Under the pieces are notes generated by a model that was not told where the DNA came from, searched no databases, and saw nothing but the letters and a program-made list of their open reading frames with translations. A DNA stretch of 64,000 bases from the IMG/VR virus record IMGVR_UViG_3300033121_001676, positions 32,001 to 96,000 of that record, one strand, 5' to 3'. The stretch comes from a virus (Duplodnaviria > Caudoviricetes). Both the position numbers and the translations under genes were made by a program. This document shows, piece by piece, positions 30,110 to 40,363 of this stretch (position 1 is the first letter of the stretch; each line of letters begins with the position of its first letter).

Positions 30110-30757
30110 ATGGCAAGATCGAGCCAGAAATTAACTACGTTTCAGATTGAAGAAGCTGAAAAAAAGCGTGACGAAAGGATGGTAGAGTTAAGGAACATGG
30201 CAAAAGAAGTTGTAAACCCAACACCGTCACCTGCTCCTCCACCTCAAAGAATCAATGTCCAAAAGGTATTTGTTGCACCGACTATCCCTAACCAGGATGA
30301 AGTTGATAGAATTCTTTCACAATCTATTGTTGTTGAAGACAAACTTCGTGATGTAGCAAGACATGATATTAATCCTCAAAAATCATCAAATCATGTTTCA
30401 AGAAATTCAAGATTCAAATCACTAAGTTTGCAACTTCCTCAAAGAATCCTTTCTTCAAATGAATATGATTTTTTCATTGTCAGAGGGTGTGTCGGGAACC
30501 CATACACAGATGGCAATGTTGCGTTCTATATTTGGAACCATATTCTCAGAGTTCAAAAGAAGAATGGCTCCGCGTACTTTCCTGAATTATTTGATTCGAT
30601 GATGAAATCAGGAGTCCATAGATTATCAAAAGGTATCTATAATTTCATAACAAGGTTTAGAGATGTTGTTGAAATACTTTGTCATGAAAGCATTGCAGTT
30701 CTTATTTATGATGATCAACTTGGAACTTTGAAAATCGTTGATAAACATGCAATCTAA
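30110..30757 (+). CDS. Hypothetical protein
   Basis: ORF between dnaN and the polymerase gene. Confidence 0.5.
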   Translation: MARSSQKLTTFQIEEAEKKRDERMVELRNMAKEVVNPTPSPAPPPQRINVQKVFVAPTIPNQDEVDRILSQSIVVEDKLRDVARHDINPQKSSNHVSRNSRFKSLSLQLPQRILSSNEYDFFIVRGCVGNPYTDGNVAFYIWNHILRVQKKNGSAYFPELFDSMMKSGVHRLSKGIYNFITRFRDVVEILCHESIAVLIYDDQLGTLKIVDKHAI

Positions 30758-32885
30758 CATTGCAAAGCTTGGTTCAATCTGTATTGAAAAACTCAAAGAT
30801 CTCAGTGAAAAGAATAAGCTTTTCGCTCCTTATATTGATTATCAGAATAGGCTATATTATGAATTGAAAATCATTAAAGATCTTGGTTATGAAAACATAT
30901 TTTTGATTACGAGACAATTTATCAACTACGCTATTGAAAAAGGTGTTGTTGTTGGACCAGGACGTGGTTCAGCAGCAGGATCGCTTGTTTGCTATACTTG
31001 CGGAATTACAAGAGGTGTTGATCCAATTCGTTTCAAACTTAGATTTGAAAGATTCCTCAATCCTGCAAGAGTAACAAGCGCTGATATTGATGTTGATTTT
31101 TCAGATCGTGAAATACCAATCGAATTTCTTAGAAACAAATATGGAAAGAATAGAGTTATTCAGGTTGGGACGAGAGGACTTTTCAAAATTAAGTCTGCAC
31201 TTGATGAATTTGCGAGAGTTTTTGATGTAAGCTTTGATGATGCAAAAAGAATAACTTCATGTTTTGATGCTGATGGTGAAATTTGTAAAGAAAAAGATCT
31301 TGCTGAATGGGAACTTAAGTTCCCTGAATTATTCAAGACAGCAAGATTTTTTGCAAACAGTAGAAGATTTAGAAATCCAAGTAAGCACCCTTCTGCTGTC
31401 ATTGTTACGAATGAACCTATTGGAAAATTAATACCGCTCCAGAGTGTTGTGGATAGCAAAACACATGATAGGGTATTGACAACTGAATGGGATGGAGATG
31501 AACTTGATTCAATCGGTTATACAAAGTTTGACATTCTTAGGGTTAGTGTTCTAAGATTGATCAGTGATGCCATCAATCTCATCAATAAAGAAAAACCTGG
31601 TTCACTTCCGCGACCACAGGATATATTTGATTGGATTGATTTGAATGATAAGAAAACACTTGAACTTGCTGGTAGAGCTGAGTTGATTGGTATTTTCCAA
31701 CTTTGGAAGCCTGAATGCTTAAGGCTCTTCGAAAGCATAACTGTTAGGGGATTTGAAGATTTTTACCATGCGACAACAGTTATTAGACCAGGTATTGATC
31801 GTGATGAATATATCAAATGCCATGAAGATCCAAAAGAGATCAAATATCTTACACCTAAATTAGAGCCAATATTGAAAGATTCGTATGGAATAATTTTGTA
31901 TCAAGAACAAATGATGGATATTTGCCATTACATCGCAGGTTTCACACTTGCAGAAGCAGATACAATTAGGAAGGTTATTGCAAAGACTTCAAATATTGGT
32001 GACACACTTTCATTGAAACCTTATGAGGAAAAGTTTCTTTTAGGTTGTGAAAAGAATGGTGTTACGAGAGAAAAGGCAAAATTGATTTGGGAAGAAATAC
32101 TTAAAAGACAAACTTACGCGTTCAATCTCTCACACGCTGTTGCATATTCTTTGATTAGTTTTGTTTCAGCATATCTTAAAGCACATTATCCCATTCAATT
32201 TCTCTGTGCCTGTATGAATGATAAGAATGAATCAAGATTTATTGATGAACTCCACAGACTTAAAATTCCAATACTGCCACCTGATATCAATAGTAGTGGA
32301 GTTGAACATACTGTTGAAAATGGTTCAATAAGAATTGGTCTTACTCATGTCAAAAATGTTGGAAAGTCTTCAGAAAACATAGTCAAATTCCAGCCATACC
32401 AAAATAGAGGTGATTTTGAATCGAGATGTAGAGGAATAAATAGTGAAGCGATCAAATCACTTGAAAGTGTAGGTGCTTTTGATCAATTACTTGAATTTGA
32501 TTTTGTGCAAAAGAATGGCACTATTGATAAAAAGAAGAGACTTGCTTTTGAAAAGGAACTGCTTGGTTACTATGTGAGTGGCAATCCTCTTGATGAATAT
32601 AAGAACAATTTGAAAGATTGTATTCGAAATGTGAATGAAGAAAAGAGATATGCTGGTGGCATACTTACTAAAGTCAAACTTCATGAAGCATCATCTGGTA
32701 TGATGGCATTTATTGCCATACAGACATATGAAGATGAGATTGAATTTCTTGTTTGGCCGAGTGATTTCAAGAACTATGAAATGTATTTGAAGGTTGGAAA
32801 TTTGGTTAGAGGATTGATTAAGAAAACAAGTCGTGGTGGTTATTCAATTACAGACTTGGCGCTCTTGCAAAAGGATGTGGTATGA
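30747..32885 (+). CDS. dnaE: DNA polymerase III alpha, catalytic part (no PHP)
   Basis: GPGRGSAAGSLV, FERFLNPAR, ADIDVDF, KFDIL, YGIILYQEQ, YAFNLSHAVAY, EKELLGYYVSGNPL. Confidence 0.95.
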   Translation: MQSNIAKLGSICIEKLKDLSEKNKLFAPYIDYQNRLYYELKIIKDLGYENIFLITRQFINYAIEKGVVVGPGRGSAAGSLVCYTCGITRGVDPIRFKLRFERFLNPARVTSADIDVDFSDREIPIEFLRNKYGKNRVIQVGTRGLFKIKSALDEFARVFDVSFDDAKRITSCFDADGEICKEKDLAEWELKFPELFKTARFFANSRRFRNPSKHPSAVIVTNEPIGKLIPLQSVVDSKTHDRVLTTEWDGDELDSIGYTKFDILRVSVLRLISDAINLINKEKPGSLPRPQDIFDWIDLNDKKTLELAGRAELIGIFQLWKPECLRLFESITVRGFEDFYHATTVIRPGIDRDEYIKCHEDPKEIKYLTPKLEPILKDSYGIILYQEQMMDICHYIAGFTLAEADTIRKVIAKTSNIGDTLSLKPYEEKFLLGCEKNGVTREKAKLIWEEILKRQTYAFNLSHAVAYSLISFVSAYLKAHYPIQFLCACMNDKNESRFIDELHRLKIPILPPDINSSGVEHTVENGSIRIGLTHVKNVGKSSENIVKFQPYQNRGDFESRCRGINSEAIKSLESVGAFDQLLEFDFVQKNGTIDKKKRLAFEKELLGYYVSGNPLDEYKNNLKDCIRNVNEEKRYAGGILTKVKLHEASSGMMAFIAIQTYEDEIEFLVWPSDFKNYEMYLKVGNLVRGLIKKTSRGGYSITDLALLQKDVV

Positions 32886-32912
32886 TTGCCATTTCAATAA
32901 GTATAATTGCAT

Positions 32913-33488
32913 ATGCCAGTTAATTTTCAACAAGTTAAATCGTATTATGACTCAATGCTTCGACTTTGGGCGCAGGCAGGGAATGATGTAACTGTTGATG
33001 ATGTGAACAGAGCTCTTTCAAATTGGCACGCTGTTGGAACATATCTTACTGAAATACAACGTGAATGTGATGAAGATCTGTTTCGCGCAACATATGAACA
33101 TCAATCATTTATCGATTCAGTATACTTTGAATGTTCAAAAGCTGTAAAACTTGAATCAGGTGGCACACCGACCGTTGCTGCAATCAATGCAAAGATGTCA
33201 AATACATTTTCTGCAAGATTGAATGAACTTTCAATAAGGAAACATGAAGCTGGATTGAATGAAAGTTCAGTTTCTAATTTGAGAAAGATGCACGACAAGT
33301 TTGTTTCGGTTCTTGCAACTTTGAGTTCAAATTTGAGAACTGATTTTGTTCACGCAAACAAGAGTGACCAAGTTGTTCAGACTGCGGGGTCTGTTCAAAG
33401 ACCTACAGCACAAGCTCGATCAAATGGCTCACTCATGGATCATGACCTGGCCTTTATGAACACTGTTTCAGGAGCTGAAAATGTCTGA
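32913..33488 (+). CDS. Helical protein, possibly a UvsY-like recombination mediator
   Basis: Coiled-coil character; position before SSB and RecA. The family call is weak. Confidence 0.35.
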   Translation: MPVNFQQVKSYYDSMLRLWAQAGNDVTVDDVNRALSNWHAVGTYLTEIQRECDEDLFRATYEHQSFIDSVYFECSKAVKLESGGTPTVAAINAKMSNTFSARLNELSIRKHEAGLNESSVSNLRKMHDKFVSVLATLSSNLRTDFVHANKSDQVVQTAGSVQRPTAQARSNGSLMDHDLAFMNTVSGAENV

Positions 33489-34593
33489 CCTCGATGACAT
33501 GATTGAATTTTCTGAAAAACTCAATACTGGTACTAAGACGTACACAAAGTTTGAGAAGTGTGTTTTGACCGGTTCTTCCGCAAGTGTTCGAGGAAGACTT
33601 GTTGGAAAGTTCAAGCAATTCTTTGAATCATGGGTCAAGCAACAGGCTGTTCCGGGAGTCAAGGTTGAGAGTTACGGGAAGCCAAGACGAATTGTAAGTG
33701 CAGGATTTAGACAGCTTGAAGATAGAAGTTATGAATATCTTTGCCCATTCGCGAAAGCTGTTGATATGCTTTCTGCAACAACACAGGATTCTGAAAAGAA
33801 GAAGCTTTATGATGATTGGAAGGTGAAGAGATTTTTTGCTTACAATTTCATTCCAGTTGGAACTGTTGATGGAAAAGTTGATCCTTGGTGTGAAGCGAAC
33901 AAGAATGCAAAGCTTATTACAACGAACGCGTCTAATTATGGAATTGGCCCAAAACTCTTCAAGGCTATTGCTGATGCAATGAAGGTTTATCGTGGTTATT
34001 TTCCGGATGCAAGACTTGATCAAGTTGATGTTGTTTTAACAAGAACTGGTGAAGGTCTTGGAACAAATTATGGTTGCCAAGTTTGTCCTGTGAATTCCAA
34101 TATCGATATCACCCAATACAAACTGTATGATTTTGATGAATTCACAACTCTTACACCACTCAATATGATTCAATTGTATACTGGAATTCATCTTGGTGTT
34201 GATCCAGTTGCGCCAAAGGCACAGGAAGAGCCGATTTATGTTGTTGCTACACAACCAGCAATAACACAATCCCAGGCAGTCCAGCCGCTATCGGTTGCGC
34301 CTCACGTTGCCCAGGCACCAACGCCTACGCCAATACAGACAACACCGCCTGTGCAGACTCCTATTGTTCCTCATGTTCCTGCTGCACCACAAGTCGCAAC
34401 TCTGACCAATACACCAACACCGGCTCCAACACTTGTCCCAACTCCGGTAAAGGTTGCTGCTCCTGCTCCGGTTCAATCAAGTGAAGAAGCTTGCCCGCAC
34501 TGCACAAAAATCCTTGCAATCCCAGAAACATTGAAGGGTTGTGAAGTCAAGTGTCCTGCTTGCGGGAACAATTTCATTACAATTCCTTTCTGA
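33481..34593 (+). CDS. Putative ssDNA-binding protein with Pro-rich linker and C-terminal Zn ribbon
   Basis: CPF, LTRTGEGLGTNY as in phage SSBs; CPHC...CPAC; ends IPF. Confidence 0.55.
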   Translation: MSDLDDMIEFSEKLNTGTKTYTKFEKCVLTGSSASVRGRLVGKFKQFFESWVKQQAVPGVKVESYGKPRRIVSAGFRQLEDRSYEYLCPFAKAVDMLSATTQDSEKKKLYDDWKVKRFFAYNFIPVGTVDGKVDPWCEANKNAKLITTNASNYGIGPKLFKAIADAMKVYRGYFPDARLDQVDVVLTRTGEGLGTNYGCQVCPVNSNIDITQYKLYDFDEFTTLTPLNMIQLYTGIHLGVDPVAPKAQEEPIYVVATQPAITQSQAVQPLSVAPHVAQAPTPTPIQTTPPVQTPIVPHVPAAPQVATLTNTPTPAPTLVPTPVKVAAPAPVQSSEEACPHCTKILAIPETLKGCEVKCPACGNNFITIPF

Positions 34594-34601
34594 GCAAAAA
34601 A

Positions 34602-35702
34602 ATGATTGATGCAGTATCGTCTTTTCTTACAGATATCCGGAAACGTACCAAAGCTATTGGCGCTGATGTTCCTGCATTTCGTTTGAGTGATGACCTCACA
34701 TCTTATGTAGGTACAAAGATACCGACAGGAAATCCAAGAATTGATACACTGATGTGTGGAGGTTTTCCACAAGGTCGTATCATTGAAATTCTTGGTCCGG
34801 AATCAAGTGGCAAGACAACATTATCTCTTGCTATGATTGCCGGTGCTTTGAGAACTTTGAAGAACTGTCTTATCGTTTACATTGATGCTGAACATGCTCT
34901 TGATATTTCTTATGCAATGCGCATTGGCGTAGACCCAAAAAGAGTCATCATCCAGCAGCCTGATTATGGTGAGCAATCACTTGAATTAGTTAAACAGTCT
35001 TGTCTTTCAAGAATTGAAAACAAGGAACTTGTTGACCAACACTTAATCATTGTTGTCGATTCAGTTGCAGCGATGGTTCCTGAAGCTGAATATAAATCAG
35101 ATTTGATTAGTGAGAGTGGTGGTATGGCTCAACAAGCCAGGATGATGGGTATTGCACTTAGACAACTTACTGGACCTGTCAATAATTCAAACGCATGTGT
35201 TGTATTCATTAATCAGGAAAGAGATTCAATTAACAAACACGGATATGGATCACCAATCACATCTCCTGGCGGAAGGGCTTTGAAGTTTTATTCAAGTATT
35301 AGAATAAGGATTACAAAGATTGGCAAATGGGAACAAGGTGATGGAATTAAATCAAAAGCTACAATCATAAAGAGCAAACTCTTTCCACCATTTCAATCAT
35401 GTGAATTTCATATTGGTCCGAATGGTATTGATATGTGGATGGATATGATTGAAGAAGCAGTTCAGTTTGGTGTTGTTGATAAGGCAGGAGCAACTTTTAA
35501 GATTGGAGAGCAAAAGTATACTGGCGGAATTATCAAGTTTAGGGACTTACTTATGAGCAATAGGGAAATTGCACAAGATGTTGTTAACAAGATCAATATT
35601 GCAAAAAAATCTGGAATCAAGCCTTTGAAGATTGAAACAGAAACAAAGAGTGAAGTTGAAGAAGAGATGAGTATTGAAGATGCAAAAGAAATACTTACAT
35701 GA
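34602..35702 (+). CDS. recA: RecA recombinase
   Basis: GRIIEILGPESSGKTT, IDAEHALD, VVDSVAA, FINQ, PGGRALKFYSSIR. Confidence 0.95.
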   Translation: MIDAVSSFLTDIRKRTKAIGADVPAFRLSDDLTSYVGTKIPTGNPRIDTLMCGGFPQGRIIEILGPESSGKTTLSLAMIAGALRTLKNCLIVYIDAEHALDISYAMRIGVDPKRVIIQQPDYGEQSLELVKQSCLSRIENKELVDQHLIIVVDSVAAMVPEAEYKSDLISESGGMAQQARMMGIALRQLTGPVNNSNACVVFINQERDSINKHGYGSPITSPGGRALKFYSSIRIRITKIGKWEQGDGIKSKATIIKSKLFPPFQSCEFHIGPNGIDMWMDMIEEAVQFGVVDKAGATFKIGEQKYTGGIIKFRDLLMSNREIAQDVVNKINIAKKSGIKPLKIETETKSEVEEEMSIEDAKEILT

Positions 35703-36154
35703 AAAACTTATATGAACCAGATTTAAGACAGCCTCACAAAATTCTAATTTGCGGTGATAGGAATTGGACTGATGAATCCCCAATACAAAAACTTCTCTTG
35801 GTTCAACTTATACTATCTGAAAATAAGCTTGCTATAATTACTGGTGGAGCAAATGGCGCAGATAAAATTGCTGAAAAGCATTCGAAGATGTTGAATATAC
35901 CTTGTCAAGTTTTTATTGCTGATTGGAATAAATATGGCAGATCTGCTGGACCTATTCGAAATAGACTAATGCTTGATGAAAAGCCAGAGGAAGTTTTTGC
36001 ATTTCATAATGATATCAAATCAAGTAAAGGGACGAAGGATTGTGTTGTTGAAGCTTGTAGGAGAGGAATAAAAGTTTCTATTTATGCAAATGGAAAGATG
36101 TTCAATTACCTTGATTCTAAAGGAGAAATAAGTGAAGATCCTATTTACAGCTGA
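35699..36154 (+). CDS. SLOG/DUF2493 (YspA-like) protein
   Basis: ILICGDRNW, GGANGAD, ADWNKYGRSAGPIRN, SKGT. Confidence 0.85.
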   Translation: MKNLYEPDLRQPHKILICGDRNWTDESPIQKLLLVQLILSENKLAIITGGANGADKIAEKHSKMLNIPCQVFIADWNKYGRSAGPIRNRLMLDEKPEEVFAFHNDIKSSKGTKDCVVEACRRGIKVSIYANGKMFNYLDSKGEISEDPIYS

Positions 36155-37142
36155 TACACATCTCGGTTTAACAAATCATTCTCGAATCATTGATGGTGTG
36201 AATACAAGAATTAGTGAGATTGAAGAATGTTTTGAATTTTGTGTTGATTATGCAATTGAAAATAGTTTTGATTTATTTGTTCATTGTGGGGATTTGTTTC
36301 ATAAGGCGAAACCAGACATCAATTCAATCTGGTTTGCATACAGACAATTCAAAAGATTGATTGATGCTAGAATCAAAGTCAAAGTTATTGATGGCAATCA
36401 TGATGCTGCATCAATTGTCAATAGTGTAAGTGTTGTTCATTTATTGAATTCAATTGATGATCAAGATCAAATTGCTGTGACTGGTTTGAAAGATCAAATT
36501 TATAAAATCAATGGTTTTAGAATAAATTTCATTCCTTATGGCGTTCCATTGATGGTTGCTAAAGATTGTGATATCGTTGTTGGACACACAACTCTTGAAG
36601 GTGCTGTTTCTGGTTATGAAAGTATGTTACTTGCTAAGTTCTGCAGCACTGAGAAAATACCTGATCACGTGACTGTTTGCGGCCATATCCATAAGGCACA
36701 GTTATTAAGAAAAGATCCATTTGCCGCATATCCTGGTTCAATTATTCAGAATGATTTTGGTGAAAGAGGTGAATTAAAAGGATTTCTCATATTTGATTCT
36801 GATAGTGAAAAGAAATGGAAGTATATAACAACACCTTATAGAAAGCTCGTTCAATTTGAACAGAGAACAAGCTTTACAAGAGATGAAGTTGCTGAAAAGA
36901 TTGTCAAAGTAAAGATTACATCAGAAGAATATGTTGATGTTGAGGAAATTAAGAATTCTCTCTATGGACTTGGTGCAATTTACGTTACTGTTGAATTCAA
37001 TTCAATTAAGAAGATTGCTTCAAGAAATTCTTCAATGATTGCAGGTAATTCAATCGCAAGTTTGTTTGAATTGTATTGTGAATCTGAAAAAGAAACAGAA
37101 GAATTCAAAAGTATTGGAAGAGAAATCATTGGTACTTTATGA
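36132..37142 (+). CDS. sbcD: SbcD/Mre11-like nuclease
   Basis: ADTHLG, GDLFH, GNHD, GHIH, YPGS. Confidence 0.9.
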   Translation: MKILFTADTHLGLTNHSRIIDGVNTRISEIEECFEFCVDYAIENSFDLFVHCGDLFHKAKPDINSIWFAYRQFKRLIDARIKVKVIDGNHDAASIVNSVSVVHLLNSIDDQDQIAVTGLKDQIYKINGFRINFIPYGVPLMVAKDCDIVVGHTTLEGAVSGYESMLLAKFCSTEKIPDHVTVCGHIHKAQLLRKDPFAAYPGSIIQNDFGERGELKGFLIFDSDSEKKWKYITTPYRKLVQFEQRTSFTRDEVAEKIVKVKITSEEYVDVEEIKNSLYGLGAIYVTVEFNSIKKIASRNSSMIAGNSIASLFELYCESEKETEEFKSIGREIIGTL

Positions 37143-37786
37143 AGAAAATCCTTGCTGTTGGGATTGATCATTCTTTAACAAATACTGCTGTAACTGTGAT
37201 AAGAATTGCTACACAAAAGATTGAAAGACAAATTACGATTAGACTTGATAAAAGAGATGAATATGATTCAAAAAACCTCTATAGAATAGCAATGGATATT
37301 GAAAATTTTTTGATGGGACATTATTGGGAAGAACTCTCTTACTATCATGTCTATAGAGCTCTTGTGATTTGTAGAGAAGATCACAGCTTCAAACAACACG
37401 GAAGAGCACACCTGAATATTGCACTTTCTGGTCATTTGGATCAATTATTTATTGAAAGGGGAATGCAACCTGGATTTGATTCCTACACTGTTTTGCCGAA
37501 TGTCTGGATGAAATGGTCTGGTGTTAAAAAACCAAAGATCATTAGAGAAACGAAGAAACGTGATGGGACTGTTGGCATAGCAAAGACTTTGGATGTTGAA
37601 ACATATAGAAAAATGTATCCGAGAATGGGTGCGAATGAACATGAACTTGATTCATACTTCATTGGTCTTTATGGTTTGAAGATGTTTTCAGATCATTTGC
37701 AATCTGTTGAAAAAGAAGATGTTGAAACTGTTGTTGAAGAACAGCAGTTTAAGGAGGTAATTACTGATGAAAATTCTGGGGATTAG
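37139..37786 (+). CDS. RuvC-like Holliday junction resolvase
   Basis: VGIDHSLTNTAV, ICRED, HELDSYFI. Confidence 0.65.
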   Translation: MKKILAVGIDHSLTNTAVTVIRIATQKIERQITIRLDKRDEYDSKNLYRIAMDIENFLMGHYWEELSYYHVYRALVICREDHSFKQHGRAHLNIALSGHLDQLFIERGMQPGFDSYTVLPNVWMKWSGVKKPKIIRETKKRDGTVGIAKTLDVETYRKMYPRMGANEHELDSYFIGLYGLKMFSDHLQSVEKEDVETVVEEQQFKEVITDENSGD

Positions 37787-39788
37787 ACTTGAAAACTATC
37801 GCACTCATAAGGAGACTTTTGTTGATTTTTCTTCTTCTACTATCACTGGAATCATTGGTAAGACTGGTCATGGAAAATCTTCAATCTTAGAAGCGATCTA
37901 TTACGCATGTTATGGAAAGATTAGGGATGAATCTGAACAAGATGTCATATCTGATGGTTGTGATTACACTCGTGTAACTCTCGATGTTGAACATAAGAAT
38001 CAAAAAGCAAGAATTATAAGAAAGAAGACAAAAGATAAGAGTGCAACAATTGAATTTTATCTTGATGGTGTTCAACAGAATGTGATAGGTGGTTTGAAGG
38101 TTGCGAATAAAATAATTGAAGATTGGATTGGTATTGATTTTGATACATTTGTTGCCATTGCTTTTTTCAGGCAAAGAAATTGTGATGAATTCATATCCGC
38201 ATCACCATCAACACGCAGGGTCTACCTGAATTCAATACTTAGAAATGATGCAATTGAAGTTGCTTCAAAGAAATTCAAAGAACAACACGGTCTTGCTTCG
38301 AAAAAAATTGATGAATTGAATATTGGCATCAGTTATCTAAGGACAAATAGTATTGATTTAGAATCTTGTCATAGAAAAATTGATGAAGTGAATCTTGCTT
38401 TTGTTGAAATTGATAGGGAAAAGAAATCTTTAGAATCTAAAATTGAAGAATGCAACTCTATTATTGAATCAAGAAAAAATGCTATTGATAAGAGAAACGA
38501 GTTGATTAATCATATCAAATTTGCAAAATCAAATCTTACTACAACAGGGAACCAATTGAATGATTTTAGAAAGAGATTGGTATTTTTTGATACAAGAACA
38601 AAACAGAAGAATGATCAGGTTTTAGAGTGGAAGAGAAGTTTTGATGAAATCAAAACTGAATATGATAAGATTGATAAGTTTGAAGATATCACATCAATTT
38701 CAATAGATCTTGGTGAAAAAAGATCTATATTTGGTACGAACAGATTAAAGAAAGAGAAACTTCTTTCACTTTCTTCAAGGAGGTTGTGTGAATCTTGTTT
38801 GCAAGAGATTGATCAAACAATTAGAGAAAAAATGATTGAAAATTGTGAATTGCTTATTCAAGAGTCAAAAATTCAGATCGAAAATCTTGAAAATCGTTTG
38901 AAAACTGCGAAATATCAAGAGGAAATTAGATCAAAGTTTGAGAATATTCGTTCGAGAGAAATCAGATTTAATGAAAAAGAATTTGAAGAAGAGAGAAATT
39001 CAATTGTTGATTATATAAAGAATCTTGAAATTGGCTTTGTAGAACAAACTGAAAAATTGAATGATTTGACAAGACAACATGATAGTATTGTTGTTGAAGA
39101 AATCACTCCTGTTCAAAACAAGATTTATCAATTCAGATCTTCATTGAGTAATTTAGATTCAATGAGAAATTCAAATCAAAGAATTCTTGCTGAAATGAAT
39201 TATAAGATTCAAGAACAAAAGAGAATTGATGAAGAATTGAAAAAGTTGAATGAAAGTTTGATCGAATTTCAGAAAAAATTGCCAGTCTTAAGACGGCTTG
39301 TTGAAGCTTTCACAGTTAAGATTCCTTCTATGGTGATTGAAAATGTGGTATCAATCATTGTAGATTTTTCGAATGTTATCTTGAAAGAGTTCAATGTTGA
39401 TTATCAGATTTCCGTATCAACAATCAAAGAAATTGCATCAGGCGAACAGAGGGAACAAATCAACGTTAGCATCCATAAGAGTGATGGAACGATAAGAAAG
39501 TATGACAGCCTGAGTGGTGGTCAAAAAAGTATTATCAACCTTGCAATTCGTGTTGCATTAGCAAATCTTGTTGCTAATAATAGCGGAGTCAATTTTAGGT
39601 CAATATTTTTAGATGAAGTATTTAGTGATTTGGACGAAGAATCGTTGATAAGTGTATTGAGTGTTATCAATTTCTTAAAGAAGTATTTTGATCAAATCTT
39701 TATTGTCAGCCATATTGAGTCGATTAAAGAAACGCTACCAAAAACGATCGAAGTCCTTATGGAAGGAAAAGTGAGCAAAGTAAGATGA
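37767..39788 (+). CDS. sbcC: SbcC/Rad50-like ATPase
   Basis: GKTGHGKS, CESC zinc hook in the coiled coil, LSGGQ, FLDEVF, IVSH. Confidence 0.92.
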   Translation: MKILGIRLENYRTHKETFVDFSSSTITGIIGKTGHGKSSILEAIYYACYGKIRDESEQDVISDGCDYTRVTLDVEHKNQKARIIRKKTKDKSATIEFYLDGVQQNVIGGLKVANKIIEDWIGIDFDTFVAIAFFRQRNCDEFISASPSTRRVYLNSILRNDAIEVASKKFKEQHGLASKKIDELNIGISYLRTNSIDLESCHRKIDEVNLAFVEIDREKKSLESKIEECNSIIESRKNAIDKRNELINHIKFAKSNLTTTGNQLNDFRKRLVFFDTRTKQKNDQVLEWKRSFDEIKTEYDKIDKFEDITSISIDLGEKRSIFGTNRLKKEKLLSLSSRRLCESCLQEIDQTIREKMIENCELLIQESKIQIENLENRLKTAKYQEEIRSKFENIRSREIRFNEKEFEEERNSIVDYIKNLEIGFVEQTEKLNDLTRQHDSIVVEEITPVQNKIYQFRSSLSNLDSMRNSNQRILAEMNYKIQEQKRIDEELKKLNESLIEFQKKLPVLRRLVEAFTVKIPSMVIENVVSIIVDFSNVILKEFNVDYQISVSTIKEIASGEQREQINVSIHKSDGTIRKYDSLSGGQKSIINLAIRVALANLVANNSGVNFRSIFLDEVFSDLDEESLISVLSVINFLKKYFDQIFIVSHIESIKETLPKTIEVLMEGKVSKVR

Positions 39789-40156
39789 GCAATGAACAGC
39801 CTGAAGTTGTGCTTGATTACAAGCCAAACGAAACTGCGAAGGCAAAGATTGAAGAGTTGATCTTGAAGAGGAATGAATACACTGAAGCGATACTCAAAAT
39901 TGATTCAGCTGTTGACCAGTTGCGCTACGGTATTAGCCAGATTGTGAACGGAAAGTCTCAGTGTGGTGGGTATGGTATTGCATTTGATCTAAGTGATTAT
40001 GCTTGCCGTGAACTGTGCAATAGAAATCTTCAATCTGCTTGTGGAAAAATTGTAAAATCAAAAGTTGAATCAAAGAAGCCTTTGATTGACATTGAAAAGA
40101 ATCCTTCTGCAAGATACCTTGGATATGATATTAGTCCGAATGTTGAACAAAAGTAA
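39785..40156 (+). CDS. Hypothetical protein
   Basis: ORF coupled to sbcC. Confidence 0.5.
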   Translation: MSNEQPEVVLDYKPNETAKAKIEELILKRNEYTEAILKIDSAVDQLRYGISQIVNGKSQCGGYGIAFDLSDYACRELCNRNLQSACGKIVKSKVESKKPLIDIEKNPSARYLGYDISPNVEQK

Positions 40157-40186
40157 TCATTTGTTTATGAAATAAAGGAGTCTAAA

Positions 40187-40363
40187 ATGGCAGATGCAAA
40201 TTCAGTTCAAAAGAACATGTCAAAGGGTAGGGGTAACATCAATAGATTCAAAACTGCTGATGGAAAGAAAGAAACGAAGCGTACCCCAAAAAAGATGAGT
40301 GCTGAAGAGCAGGGATACAATCTTGGTACCTTCAATATTGAAGGAAGTAAAGAAAAGAAGTGA
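40187..40363 (+). CDS. Small basic protein (58 aa), absent from the ORF track
   Basis: AAGGAG RBS; MADANSVQKNMSKGRGNINRFKTADGKKETKRTPKK... Confidence 0.5.
   Translation: MADANSVQKNMSKGRGNINRFKTADGKKETKRTPKKMSAEEQGYNLGTFNIEGSKEKK

Noticed and set aside
28700-30800. Split intein joining the DnaE halves
   Set aside because: No Cys/Ser-initiated intein N-part at the end of the PHP gene and no HN-C/S motif at the start of the polymerase gene.
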